DNA from: Phoronis australis
Lineage: Eukaryota; Animalia; Phoronida
Assembly (NCBI GenBank): GCA_002633005.1
Contig: NMRA01000215.1
Coordinates: 196,690 to 260,689 of the forward strand
Length of the DNA stretch: 64,000 bases
Direction of reading: 5' to 3'
The notes under the pieces were generated by a model, which was given only the letters and a program-made list of their open reading frames with translations, did no database searches and was not told the origin of the DNA. Positions 10,557-23,011 of the stretch are shown here, piece by piece. A program made the translations under genes and the position numbers. Position 1 is the first letter of the stretch. Each line of letters opens with the position of its first letter.

Positions 10557-13353
10557 AAATCTGGTATTTTAAGTGACGCAGTTCTGTCGTGGTGTCATTC
10601 CTTTTGAGGATTTGCAAAACTAAAGCCGCATTGTCTTTTGGTCTGGAGGAATATCCATAGGGAGTTTTTCACCGGGAAGATTTGTTCTATTTATTTTGCT
10701 TTAAATTGTTTATTTCAGAGTATAATTTAGGCATTCTGTTTGGGTTCTAACTGTTTGGATAACATTTCCCTATTGTTGTGTTTTATGTTTTTTGTTCACT
10801 CAATTTTCGCATTTCTTTAAACTACTCAAACATTGTATTTCCGCCAAATTTTTGAACGATTAAACTGTCTACAAATGTGGACACGGGGCACAAGCTAGCC
10901 GGTGATATCAAAGGCTCAGATGTTTTTATATCGTCTATAAAATGGGGAGGTCATCTTGTGCCACCTCAAACTCATAAACTGTACCGTCTGTGTATTTGAT
11001 TGCGAGCGTGTGTGGCGGCACACTCTCGGTTGTATCTAGTACGGAGTACCAGCCAGCCGTTGCAGTATTTGTAGGCAGCCTGTGTGACAAGGTGAAATAC
11101 CAAGTGTGCCTCACAAGTTAATTCAAGATGTACCCTACTCTTGCTTGGACATTTATTTCTAATAAAGGGCATTTATGGTGGCAGCTCCACCCAGTTGATA
11201 GCCATCATGAATATAGTCTCAAAACTTGATTTTTGAGAAACTATTATGATTTCCAGTGGTTTGTATGGTTTACTGAATAGACTGTTAAAAGGTGACAGGT
11301 ACTCATTTGATGTGCTAAGGATGTCTTTCAACAAAAGTGTTCATGAGTGACTAAGGTACCCTTAGGGGATGATAAGAATCTGTTCTCTTTGTAACTCATG
11401 CCACTCCTTGTTATGCAACATCTGTTTGTATGCCCTGATTCTGCGGACTGTTCAATTGGGCGTTCTTTTGAGGTACAAGAGAAACTGGTTATGTTTAGTT
11501 TATTTTTAACTCATTTGAATGTTGTCAATAGTAAAATAATTGTAAAAGCGGCTCGGTTAGTTTGTCAGATGAGTCTCCGCGATCACAATCCAGTGATCTG
11601 CTAGCCGAGCTAAATCCCACTGGATAAATGGCAGAGAATTTTAAGTGTATTTTGCTGTATTTAACTCGTTAAGTAAATGGTCTTGATTTCAGCACTGTCT
11701 TGTAGACAACAACAAGAATTGACAAGTTTTAATCAAATCACGAGAACACAATACATTTTGTTGATTTATAGTTCTGGGTCAAAACAAGCAACTCCAAGAA
11801 TTCTATCCCATCCACCAATAATCCCCAAACTGTATTTCTCGGCTGTAAAACTGATGATGTCTGTTTAATAAGTAAAAATTCTCAAAAAAGAGAAATAATG
11901 TCAATTGTTATTTGAAAGTTAACTAAAGGACGGAGAGCATTTAAGTAAAATAATGAACCAGCCGAGATTAAAATATTTTTCAATGTAATGAAAATTTAGT
12001 ATGCTGATTAAGTATGAAAAAAGAACAATTTTATCCGAGTGAAGTGCAATCATTGCAAACACTTTTTGCAAACACTTTTTGCACGGTTACAGTCTTTTTA
12101 CTGGAAACTGTATTGTCAATATGTGAATTAAAAGTGCAGGACCATTACCCAGTTATCTGCTTGTATACATACAGTAGTTGTAAAATGTAACCACAACTTT
12201 TATGATAATATTTACTCTGTGTGGTCCTGAGTTCACTTGGAGACCACATGAGACACTTAGAAAATATGTGAGCAGAGTGTGTAAAGTCAAACGCTTGGTT
12301 TAGAGTGCTGCAATAGAGATAAAAACCTTAACAATAGGAGAAGGTATTAAGGTACAAATCAAAATATATCGATAATTGTTTTGAGAGTCGCTGTTTCATC
12401 TGGTTTCCAGCTTTGTGTATAGTAATTCTGTTATTTGAATTAGGTTAGGGTATATCAATTCATGAAAACAGAGCCTGTGTCAGTGAGTCAGCGATAGACA
12501 AACTGTTCATTCATGATAAGGAAGTGTGCCTGCAGATTTCGCATAATATCAATATTACTAGTTGGGTTAATCAATAGAAATCGAACACTGTGTGCCTATT
12601 TACATGCCTTTGTAATTCAACCGGCTTGTTTCTTTAATAATGTGCCACTGCCCCCTGTTTGTTTTGTAACAAGACAGTGCCTGTGATTTCACCTGCAAAC
12701 ACAAGAGGCTCGTTATTACACCTTTCAGGTGAATCACCCTCACCCATTGTAGACTACCTTTAATGTTTGGTTTCCCCATTGTGAACTACCTTATATGTTT
12801 GGTTTCTCATTGATTGATGTAAGACAACTCAGGCCTTTGTTCTTGGACCAGTGAAGGCCCCAAACAAGGGATACAGTGTTTCTAACTCAGTGTACTAGGA
12901 GTCCCAGTGTGTGAATGGTGGGCTTCATTCACTGACATGTTTACAGTCATCTGTGACATGACGACTACGTCATTGTGTCAAGGTCATCAGATTCTGTTAG
13001 CATAACCAGGATTGTGACATTTTACAGTCTTCACTTTGTTTTCATTTCTATCCGCAAAATGGTCTAAAAAGTGCAAACTGTTGAAGAGCTTCAAAGCTAT
13101 TTTTCACCCTGTCAACATTTTTCTTGAAATTAAGAAAAATGTCCATAACATGAATAATAGTGACTGTTGTGGTAGTATTTTGGCAACAGTTCTTCTTTAA
13201 GACAAGGGTTTATGTCGTCAGCTGGAATGAAATGAATTGTGGGAAAAGAAAGGTTATCAGATTTTCAACAAAACATGTTGGGACTATACAAGTACTGGTA
13301 ATATGAATAAAAATCCTAATGTTATTGATAACAGCAATAGCAAAAACAACAGC

Positions 13354-13355
<2 letters not shown>

Positions 13356-13394
<39 letters not shown>

Positions 13395-13433
13395 CAACAA
13401 GTAATAATAATAATAATAATAATAATAATATAA
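13356..13433. repeat. (AAT)n microsatellite, interrupted by (AAC)n
   Basis: Directly visible. Confidence 0.97.
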
Positions 13434-13482
13434 TTGTGCTGTTATAAACCAGCTTGTTGACAAGTCACATGATGGGGTTAAC

Positions 13483-13606
13483 ACATGGCGTGTAAGAAGA
13501 CTAGTAAATGTAACTTATATAATAACATGGCGTGTAAGAAGACTAGTAAATGTAACTTATATAATAACATGGCGTGTAAGAAGACTAGTAAATGTAACTT
13601 TTATAG
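13483..13606. repeat. 42-bp minisatellite, three copies
   Basis: Unit acatggcgtgtaagaagactagtaaatgtaacttatataata; catgg starts at 13484, 13526 and 13568. Confidence 0.95.
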
Positions 13607-14338
13607 TAAGAACAGTAATAGCAATAGTAACAAGAATGATAATGTATGAGTAATAATGGTAATAATAAAATAACAAGTACTAATTATAGTTACACTCTTA
13701 ATTGTAACTGTTTAATGAATATTTATCACACTGTTTGTTTTTAATTAGATCCTTTGCAAAATAATATGTGGATGTTTTGCATTGGCCCTGAATTACAACA
13801 TGTGTTTAGATTCTCATTATATTAAATGATAATGATAATATGTAAATGTTTTTCACGTAAACAGGCCTTCAGCCCACATTACATGTATTAAATAAACAGA
13901 GAGTACATAATAAAATAATAGTGATGGTGATAATTTTTGTGCCAGATAATTACAGTGTTATTGTGATAATCTCAATCATAATAGCAATACTGTACATGGA
14001 GTTACTTAAGCCCACATGGCTATACATGTACCTACGTCTATATCCGGAACCATCCACTTGGGCGTGTATACGAAACACTAGGAAAACCAACGGGCAAAAT
14101 TTCAAAATGACATGTGGTCAAAAGTCGATTCTTTCATTACAAAACTATAGATATTTATGTCTTTTCAATTCAACAGAACAAAATTTTTAAGTGTCATGTT
14201 ACTCAAAAACGGTTATGACTTTTAAAACTCATTTACATTTTTAGCTCTCGGTTTGAGCACTTCAAAACCGGTTTTAAAAGTTGTAACTGTAGTGTGGTTA
14301 TAACTCTCTGTGAGGTTGGTGTAGTGAGTGGTTATGAC

Positions 14339-14490
14339 CTGGGTAGAGTTCAGTAATGTTAGATGTCATGACCTCGCTAAAAAACAAGACTTCGGGAGAT
14401 TACGCGAGATATTGCCTTTTATTTCAAATAAGAACACGTGATTTTAGCTAGATTTTTCTAGCCATGAAATAGCTACTGAACTCTACCCAG
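14339..14490. mobile_element. 152-bp MITE
   Basis: Perfect 17-bp inverted repeats ctgggtagagttcagta ... tactgaactctacccag; superfamily not assignable. Confidence 0.75.
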
Positions 14491-15884
14491 AATTCAGTGT
14501 GAACCCGGCAGTTGCAAATGAGTTATTACTCAGTAGGTGGCGCTGCTATCAATTCTCATTGGAAACAGTGGCACCAAGGCACTAACTGGGTTGAATTGGA
14601 GAGTGAGCTCTGGGAACTGAAACCAACACTAGGGTTACAATAGTTTTATCTGTGTGTGTGAATAGTATGTATTATATACAGCAATGATATTAATGTTGGT
14701 TCTTCTGGCAGACACTTCACCATGTTATAGATCAGAGTTCAGTCTTTATCCACTGCAACTGCTTTGAGAGCACACAAGACTTAGAACAGCGACTGCATGT
14801 TCCATATCTAGTACCATATGGCAATGGTAATTGGTGGCAACACGGTCCTCATACAAACCCTTGGCCAGTTGCCGTCGGAATCTAAATAACCTTCCTCCAC
14901 TGCATATAATAACAATCTCCACCCTTGTCTAACACATCCAGGGTAACTAACACCAGTTTTAACATAACAGACAAATTAGCGCTAAACCAGCAGAGCTCAG
15001 CGTTAATAGAACAGATTTGCGCAACTGGTCCAATAGGGGATGGCTAATCAGACGTCTAGCGGGGATTTTGTGGTCAAGTTGAACCGGATTTTAGGTTATT
15101 TGTTACAAGAGAAATCAGGAACAGTTGTGTAGGAGGTGCAGATAGGCTGGCTTCATTACTATTGAGTTGTCTACAAAAGACAAAAGTAATCAAACAAAAT
15201 ACCGTCACCTCATCATGACCGCTAAATCTGTTAAGAGCAAAAATGACTGGTATTGAAAATTGTGGTGGCAAAAATTTTAATTACAGAATAGGTTAGCTAC
15301 CTTACTAACTTTTTGGTTAGTTCCCTTTATTCTTGGTTGTGAGTCGGGAAGGCAACCTGATGATGAATTCGGCTTATGCCCAGCCCTCCTAATGGGGAAT
15401 TCTGAGTAATTTTGTTGGCATAGTATTTTATTTCTGTAAGTAATAATAAGTCATTGAACACACATGTCAGTTTCGGTCAAAGTTGAATGGGTCCTTGTAA
15501 CCTGATCTTAAGATAGTTTTTGAGTTGCGGTAGTGTTGTGTGTTTAATGTAGGGCTAAAAAAGTAGATCTTATATTGCAATCAATACTTTTGTTTTAAAT
15601 TTCTGATGTCCTGTACATGACATTTGGACATTTTTCAGCTGCCAAAAATGACACTAGTCTGTGATGTGCATATGATCTACCAGCAGTTCTCATGTCAGGC
15701 TGAATGAGTTTGTATAACAGTGTGGGAAAAGATAACATACTTTTTAGTCTAGCTGCTATCCCGAGCTGAGAGCACTGATTGGCAAATATTATCTTTAACA
15801 AGCCAGACGACTAATTGGCCAGCTTTGCGTGTGACTCAGACCCGCCCTATTGGTTAGTGTAATTGTGTGCTGAACTGGGACATG

Positions 15885-16245
15885 GGGATGCTGATGATGA
15901 GGAGGATGATGATGGAGAGGATGGTGATGATGGTGATGGTGATGATGACAGTGACAACAATAGTGATGACGGTGACAATGACAGTGATGATGATGATGAG
16001 AAGGAAGATGATGGAGAGGATGGTGATGATGATGGTGATGATGACAGTGACAACGACAGTGATGACGGTGACAATGACAGTGATGATGATGATGACAATG
16101 ACAGGGATGATGTTGACAATGACGGTGACATTGACAATGATGACAGTGGCATTGACAATGACGATGGTGACAATGACTGTGATGATGGTGATGGTGATAT
16201 ATCATGACAGTGACGACAGTTTTGTGATTGTGGTGATGATATTGA
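15885..16245. repeat. Degenerate (GAT/GAC/GGT)n trinucleotide tract with a 99-bp internal duplication
   Basis: gatggagagg recurs at 15911 and 16010; source of the overlapping poly-D/H/S/M ORFs. Confidence 0.9.
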
Positions 16246-16346
16246 CACTTTTCAAGTCTGGTTTAATCTTGGTGTGTGTTGGGCCTCTTACAATTATTTT
16301 ATCTGCGACAGCCTGGTATAATGTTTAATACCATATGTGTCATATA

Positions 16347-16554
16347 CAGTAAAAATTCTCCAATTTGGGACATTGAAAAATTAATGACTTTGTTCAAGGC
16401 TCTGTGGCATATCAAATTTTAGAAATAGGCAATACTGGCCGTCCCAACTTTAAGAATAACCAGAAAGACAGCAAAATTAACCACGTCTCAAATTCCGCTG
16501 GAATATCGGTATCCCAAATTCTATAGACTGTTCCAAATTGGAGCATTTTTACCG
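16347..16554. mobile_element. Tc1/mariner (pogo/Tigger-like) MITE, family B
   Basis: TA|cagtaaaaattctccaatttgggaca ... tgttccaaattggagcatttttaccg|TA; related copies at about 18220-18475, 25150-25450, 36370-36790 and 42665-42990. Confidence 0.75.
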
Positions 16555-17711
16555 TAATAGGTTCACATACGTGGGGGAAAATGCTAGTAGTTTCACATGC
16601 AAAATGTTTGCGAAAAAGCTTAACGGTTTAGCCAGACTGACATGATGTCCGTGATGGGGATCATTTTCACCTGCAGTTAGTCCATTTCCTCACCACTGGA
16701 GTCGCCTGTATGTGGAATTTGATGTCAGAATGCGTTCACTTTCCAACTCTCTAATGTAAATTGATCAATGCAATGATAAACAAAGGTCATGGTACGCCTG
16801 GGCGTGTGAGTCAGTTTGTTCCTCAGTTGAAGTCAGTGTTGTAGCTACAAAAGTGCTTGTGTAAACACCTGCAGTATTGTTATAATTCAAACAGCCAACA
16901 AAATGCTGCAAAAGGGACACTTATAACTGGGACACTTGTAACTGGGACACTTGTAACTGCTCACATGTCTGGCGTGAATGCTACCACATTTCACCACTTA
17001 TTTTGAACAAAAAGAATTATTTTTTTCCCTCATAGTTGAGGTGTCCCAAATAAACTAAATATACACACTTTGTGGGTGTGCGGACTTAATTAAGTAACCA
17101 AATATTGACAACTGCCCCTGTGTGAATTTAATGAAATGTGTCCTACTGGTCCACAACGTGATCCAATTAACATGATTAAGTTACTTAATCCTGTTCCAAC
17201 ATACAAGTACTTTACCCATCATTGGTGAAACACCCTTTTGAGCCTATGAATTTAAGTGAGGGGCACTCATCCAGGTCACCCCTCTCACGTCATGTTTATA
17301 ACAGCATGAGGTATCCTGTCTGAATGGATGAATGAAGTAGTGAATATACAATGTTCAGACCTTATTAACGAGGTGTGTTTTACTAGTATTAATGACTGGG
17401 CTTTCCCTTGATATTTTCCTAAGTGAAAAACTGACTGTGTGTGGATTAGGTGAGGCAAGAAACTCCCACCAAGTAGCCTCTCGTAAAACAAGCGAGGAAC
17501 AAATAACATTTTTACAAATAATTTTTGGTGCGTGAATTGAGGTGATTAGTGGAGACTTATGCTAGCGAAGGGGCGAGATGAAAATGTTAGCGTTTTAGCC
17601 AGTTTGTACATGGGTAAGTGTTCAACGTCTTGGTGTTTCTCTTAAAGTGCAAGTTGATGACCTTTTTTGCCTTTTATTTTTGTTTGAATGAAATAAGCCC
17701 TTGGAGGTTTG

Positions 17712-17824
17712 GTGTTTGTGTGTGTGTGTGTGTCTGTGTCTGTGTCTGTGTGTCTGTGTGTGTGTGTGTGTCTGTGTGTGTGTGTCTGTGTGTGTGTGTC
17801 TGTGTGTGTGTGTCTGTGTGTGTG
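17712..17824. repeat. (TG)n/(TGTC) microsatellite
   Basis: Directly visible. Confidence 0.97.
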
Positions 17825-18636
17825 GGAAACCTATTGATCAGTTCAAGCCATCCAGAATAAATCAAAGGGGACTATCTTTTGTCTTATCATGAGTGCCAAC
17901 CACTTTGTTCCAACCAGGCCATTTTGTACTTTGCAGGGCAGGAATGTCAAGTGTCATTTTTTTAGTGATAGCCAAAACATTTCCAGTTGATGAAACATTT
18001 TTATCTTTACCCGAGAGACAATACATCTTCCTCAAAAATGTTATGGTGTGGTAATCTTAGAGATGCTTTTGTTGTTGTTAGAGAAATTTATGGCTGTGCA
18101 CTGGTATCCATAATATTTTGCCATAATTGTCTGAGAATACGTTTGTGTATGGTCTGTGGGTGATCGCCTGGAAAATTACAAGCTTTGCAAGGCTGTCCCA
18201 CAAGATTCTCGGTTACATATCATAAAAAATCCTCAGTTTGGGGCACAATATGGGAATATGAGCTACAAGTGGAAGTTTATTTCATCAAATTTCTCGACAA
18301 CAAAAACAACTCTTTGTGAAAAATTTCTTTGCTTTAGGGATGTTTTTGGTAGAGCTTTTATCAAAGAACATTTGGCAAAATTTTAAGCTTTCGCATCAAT
18401 GTAGTAAGCTTTGAAAAAAAGAAATAACAATTTTTGGTCATCATTTCTGTCCCAAATTGAAGAAAATTTTCTGTAGGTACAGAAATCTGAGATTATACTT
18501 GCGCTAATCTCACCACTTTTGGACATAAATAATTGCCAAAATTGACATTTTTACATTTTCAAGAATTCTAACAATGTCGTGAATGTCTGCAATTTTTTTT
18601 CAAAATATTTTCTGGTGGCAACTATAGTGCAGAACT

Positions 18637-19534
18637 CAGTGGCGGATCTAGGATATCACAAGGGGGGGCCCAATATTTTGTCCGATTGTAGATGGCAAAC
18701 CCCCCTCCCGCTCAGGAAATTTTTCTGTTTTTATGTCTAAAAATCAAGCATTTTCCTTGATTCCTGAAGTATTATCCAAGAAAAAAAGGGGAAAAAAACA
18801 TGGAGAACGTGTCAAACAGGAAAAACTGAACGTACTAAAGACTCGAACTCATGACCTGGCGGATAGAGAGCGCGTGCGTTACCACTACACCACCACGCTT
18901 TAACTACTTATCTCATACTAAAAGACCTACTTGTTTATGGTCCACAGCGTTTGCGCGCGAAACCTACTTCTTTTCGTAATGCTTATTACACATTTTATAT
19001 TTTGTGCCATGAATTCTTAACAAATTTGTCGTATTTAAAATAATCTTCAAAAGACCAAATCCGTTTTTCGTGTTGGCAATAATGACGGGATTGCTTTGAC
19101 AAAGAGAGTATTGCGAGTTTCTGAGTGATTCACTAAGGCTTCGATTAAAATTCACATCTTACCAGCAGCTTCTGTTTTCTCATCGTCACTCAGGTTCCAT
19201 TCTCTTTAAAAATGAACTAAATTTTCTTCATTGCACAGTGGAGCAGACGACGAAAACGGAGTCGTAGTGCGCAGCGCCACTGCCGGTCACCTGGAATATC
19301 GCGGGAGAGCCTATACTTAGCCATAGTTCTGTTACGAATGCGCCGTGTTCCGAATTTGACACTTGAAATTGGGGTTTGAGCCCCCCCCCCAAACACTAAA
19401 ACTGCACACATTTAAATCCTTTTTCATCCTTAATAAACTCATCATTTCCCTACGCTCTTACTGTTTTATTTTTTTTGCGGCAGCCAAGGGGGAGGGGGGC
19501 CGGGTCCCCTGGGCCCCCCCTAAATCGGCCTATG
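18637..19534. mobile_element. ~900-bp non-autonomous DNA transposon with 5-bp TSD (hAT5-like)
   Basis: Inverted termini cagtggcggatctagg / cctaaatcggcctatg; GAACT duplicated at 18632-18636 and 19535-19539; it interrupts an older repeat whose uninterrupted form (cagaacttagaacatgaaaaagc) is at about 6124. Confidence 0.8.
18838..18898 (-). pseudogene. tRNA-derived sequence (tRNA pseudogene or SINE head)
   Basis: Minus strand has A box TGGTGTAGTGGT (18892-18881) and B box GAGTTCGAGTC (18850-18840) at tRNA spacing; acceptor and anticodon stems are degenerate; T5 run at 18825-18821. Confidence 0.65.
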
Positions 19535-20296
19535 GAACTTGAACATGGAAAAGCATTAATCTGGCTTTGTATTTTTGGAATAAATGAGAAAATAGAAGTT
19601 CAATCGTCTGCCAAATTATTTCCATAACTGAGGCATGTGATCTCTTGTCAGATTTTTGAAAATTTTCACATTAACAATGTAAGTTGAAACAGAACCTTTC
19701 CTATTCCTCTGTTCTGCTGATGGCCATTCATTTGGAAAGTTGAAGTACCATACAGGTCTGGGTTAAGTTGAGAAACAGAAAATTCAGGGGTGGGCTTGAA
19801 GCCGAATGCTACAGAACACGTGGCTGTTCAAAAGTCAAATAGTTCCCTCCTTTGTCCTGTAATTTATCACCTCGCCTTCCTTTCCATAAAAAGGTCAAGG
19901 GTACAGTGACCTAATGGCGGCTTGTTTGTGCAGTTTATTAAAAAGCCACAAGCATCTTAAAGAGTAAGCAGAAAACAGCAGATGTCCTCCTGAAATGACG
20001 TGTTTGGGGCACTACATGCTTGTTGGCCTTGACTTACAACGTGTAATGACCCAAAATACACAATGTAGTTTATTGATACGTCACTATTCCTCATGAGCTG
20101 ATATTTTTGCATTTTGTTTTGCGAGCCACAGGCATGGATTTTGTTATGCGTGTGTCAAATGAGCTTTGCTAAAACTACATCAAGCCATGAATGATCACAG
20201 AACTTCAAATCTTGTCACAACATACTTTTTATATTTCATTAACATGTTCATACAGCCCACAAGTAGGTATAGAATGTACTGCATTATTATTTCTAA

Positions 20297-20338
20297 CACC
20301 TGAAGATGGCCAGAGAAATGACCGAGCGAAACGTCGTG
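20297..20338 (+). ncRNA. Minimal type I hammerhead-ribozyme-like motif (Penelope-like element remnant)
   Basis: cac-CTGAAGA-tggcca gagaaa tgacc-gagc-GAAA-c-GTC-gtg: core boxes in order, stem I cac/gtg, imperfect stem II; extra bases before GAAA suggest decay. Confidence 0.5.
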
Positions 20339-21002
20339 CCGATGTATATAGGCTAGAAGCGGTTGTAAATATACCAACAGTTTTTAGACATGTAATTTTC
20401 TATTACAGAACATCGTTAGTTTTTGTCCCTTTAACAGATAGCAGATTCATCGGACTTGAATGATTCTTACTCGATTAATTGGTCAAGCTAAAAATATCCA
20501 ATTCTATCCAATCTTGGAAAATGTCAGAGATTCAGGTTTGAGCCAAGATTCCACACTAATCTCACGCAACTCACATATAGTCTTGCTAGCTACGTTACAG
20601 AAATCTTTATTTTATTTGAGTGTACCGCATTAGTTACGAACAGGTCCTGGGATATGTGTATCTGGAATAAGTATTGCTTGCTGAAGTGATGCTAGAATGG
20701 TCTGCTTGACCAACAATCTTGCTCAAGCTTACACAGCAATGGTGACCATGGGAGTAGGTTTTCTTCCATGATTGGAATTCAGTGTTGAAAAATGTGACTA
20801 GACAAATGTGCCTTTTTAATTTTTTTCGTCTAGCCTGCTTTGTCTTGCTCATCAGTAATATTTCTCATTTTCACACAAGCTGATCTCTGGTTAGTAAGGG
20901 AGCGAAGAACTCCAAGCTTGGAGAGAATTATCAAATAAGGTGAAATTCCATCACGCTTGTTTGGCTTTGGTCAAATTTAGCTAAGATTAAATATCATTCC
21001 AG

Positions 21003-21134
21003 GTCATAGCTATTGGCCCGTCAACCGAGACTGAACTTGAACTGCATGGTTTCACAGTTGCCGCGACAGCATCCAAACCTAGCCCAAAATTCGTACTGGA
21101 AGCAGTAGCTGGTAAGAGTCCTGGTCGAAAGTGA
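21003..21134 (+). CDS. UROS: Uroporphyrinogen-III synthase, terminal coding exon
   Basis: Acceptor cattccag|; encodes VIAIGPSTETELELHGFTVAATASKPSPKFVLEAVAGKSPGRK* with the HemD signature AIGP(T/S)T and A..P.P motif; phase 0 fits the preceding exon; TGA at 21132-21134. Confidence 0.94.
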   Translation, partial: VIAIGPSTETELELHGFTVAATASKPSPKFVLEAVAGKSPGRK

Positions 21135-21205
21135 CGGAAACTTTCTTCAACCATAAGAAACAGATAACTCAATCTGAACGCGGTCATGTAGAAGTAAACG
21201 TCTGA

Positions 21206-21211
21206 AATAAA
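21206..21211 (+). promoter_or_regulatory. Candidate proximal polyadenylation signal of UROS
   Basis: AATAAA about 70 nt after the stop codon. Confidence 0.45.
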
Positions 21212-22857
21212 CGGTGTATGCATACTGTAGATTTTATACAGATTTGTGATTAGGCAGAGACTGTCGCCAAGTTAGAGCAAAACACACATGATTTTTTAAA
21301 TTTATTACAAACATCTCCCGTTTAGTGGCTATTCCAGATGAATGTAGTTTTCTTTGCTCTGCTTCACATGAAAAGGAATTTAGATCAGTGTTCATGATAC
21401 TGCCGGGCAGGGGTTGGCACTTCTTGTTTTAATTTGTACTTTGACAAAGTTCAAGATATTGTTCAACAAGCTGTGTTTCTAATGTGTGTCATCAAGTACC
21501 CATACTTGCCGTTGATATGGCCACCAGTCACATGGCCATTTTTCACCTCGTATTTCAGAGTTTATTTCTGCAACATTGCGCCTGTGTTCATACTACCTAA
21601 TAGTGGATTGCTGTTTAGTGGTAGCATTGGTTATATTAATTACACTAACAGTCCACCAGGTGGTGCATTAGAATTGAAATATTTCTGCTGATGGATAAGT
21701 TTGCTAAATAATACAGTGAGGAGGGAATATTTGCTCACTCTACTGTGAGCAGATAATGTAGCTCAGTGCTGGCTAACTCATCATGCACAATAGGTGCCGA
21801 AGGAGCATTTCACTGCTGTTTAGCTGTTAAGATTGAATTCTTAACGGAAGCTCGTCTGACCTTGCTGAATAAGGCGGCAGCTCAGGGCACAGGCAATGTG
21901 CACATGCGCTGCTTTTCAAATTTTAGGCTTGGCCAACCCCAATAAACTCTGAAGAGTTTTCTTTAATCGATGATAGTTTTGAAGCTGGTTTCGATGTTTG
22001 TGCTGGTAACAAAGTCCTATCACAGTAAGGAATGTTGGGAGATTGATTTTATGAGCTTGAGTTCCTAAATTCATTTTTCATTTTTTGACAAGCTAAATTG
22101 TAAGGAAATGAAGTTTTCAATAATCTTGGTGAAGTAATTTCTAATTTTACCCTCAGAAATAATTGTATGCTTGATCATGAAATTTCAAATGGATTATTAA
22201 TAAAAGTGAAGAAATAGTGTGGTTATGATAATTATCACTGCAAACCTTATATTTGCTCCTATTCACTGTATACTCTGGACAGTGGTACAATTTGGAATTC
22301 TTGAAAAATAATTCTACCGTGTTGGGTAATGATTTGTGCGTAACATGTCTCTCATGTTTTTACGTAAAACAGGAAGTTGTAACTTGTGTCATTGAAAGTA
22401 TGATAGCTGATGCTCAGTATTTCATTCACGGTGTGCTTCACTGTTTCATACGATGCATTGTTTCTCGTTTTCCTTAAGTAATGTTCAATTTAGTAATTGC
22501 CTGGTAGCTGGATGCAATGAAGATTTCTGGTTTTTACATAAATTATCTAAAATGTGCCTGTCAAAAAGTCTACTGATTCTATGAAAATGAAAGTTGTCTT
22601 TTACAAATAATAGCATGTTAGGTGTCATAAAGTCACTATAGATGGCAGCTTGTCAATACAATATTATAAGACCTACTGAAGTTAATCATTTTGGTATTTT
22701 ATGTTAACATATAGATCAGTCTAAGACTTATTTTTGTTAACTTGTGTTAAGGTGTTGTGATTGATGTGGAATGAGTTAAACTGATATAATTACAGGGATA
22801 ATTTTAGGAGGGCATTCCATGTCTTTAATGCATAAAACTTTTCATTAACACACTATG

Positions 22858-23011
22858 GTGGCGTCCATACACAGACTTACACGCCTTACCCTAGTTATGG
22901 GATATGTGTGTGTGCGTGCGTGCGTGCGTACGTGTGTGGACGCTCCACTTAAAAGTGGGGTAAGTTGCACTAGTGCAAGTTGTTCTAGTATAGGCTGTGT
23001 GTGGACGGGTC
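22858..23011. mobile_element. Small MITE (Harbinger-like termini) with internal (GT/GCGT)n
   Basis: gcgtccatacacagac ... ggctgtgtgtggacgg imperfect inverted repeats. Confidence 0.45.

Noticed and set aside
10259-10572. Repetitive His/Cys-rich ORFs, and a CRISPR-like look of the 45-, 42- and 35-bp arrays
   Set aside because: Units are contiguous with no unique spacers, there are no cas genes, and the DNA is eukaryotic; the ORFs are translations of the minisatellite.
15795-16328. Four overlapping 114-153-aa ORFs (poly-His, poly-Ser, poly-Asp, poly-Met)
   Set aside because: All are by-products of a stop-poor trinucleotide repeat; no convincing splice signals or unique coding context.
17618-17892. 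Val-Cys and Thr-His repeat ORFs (also at 44323-44742)
   Set aside because: Translations of (TG)n microsatellites.
20987-21223. 78-aa minus-strand ORF
   Set aside because: Antisense shadow of the terminal UROS exon.
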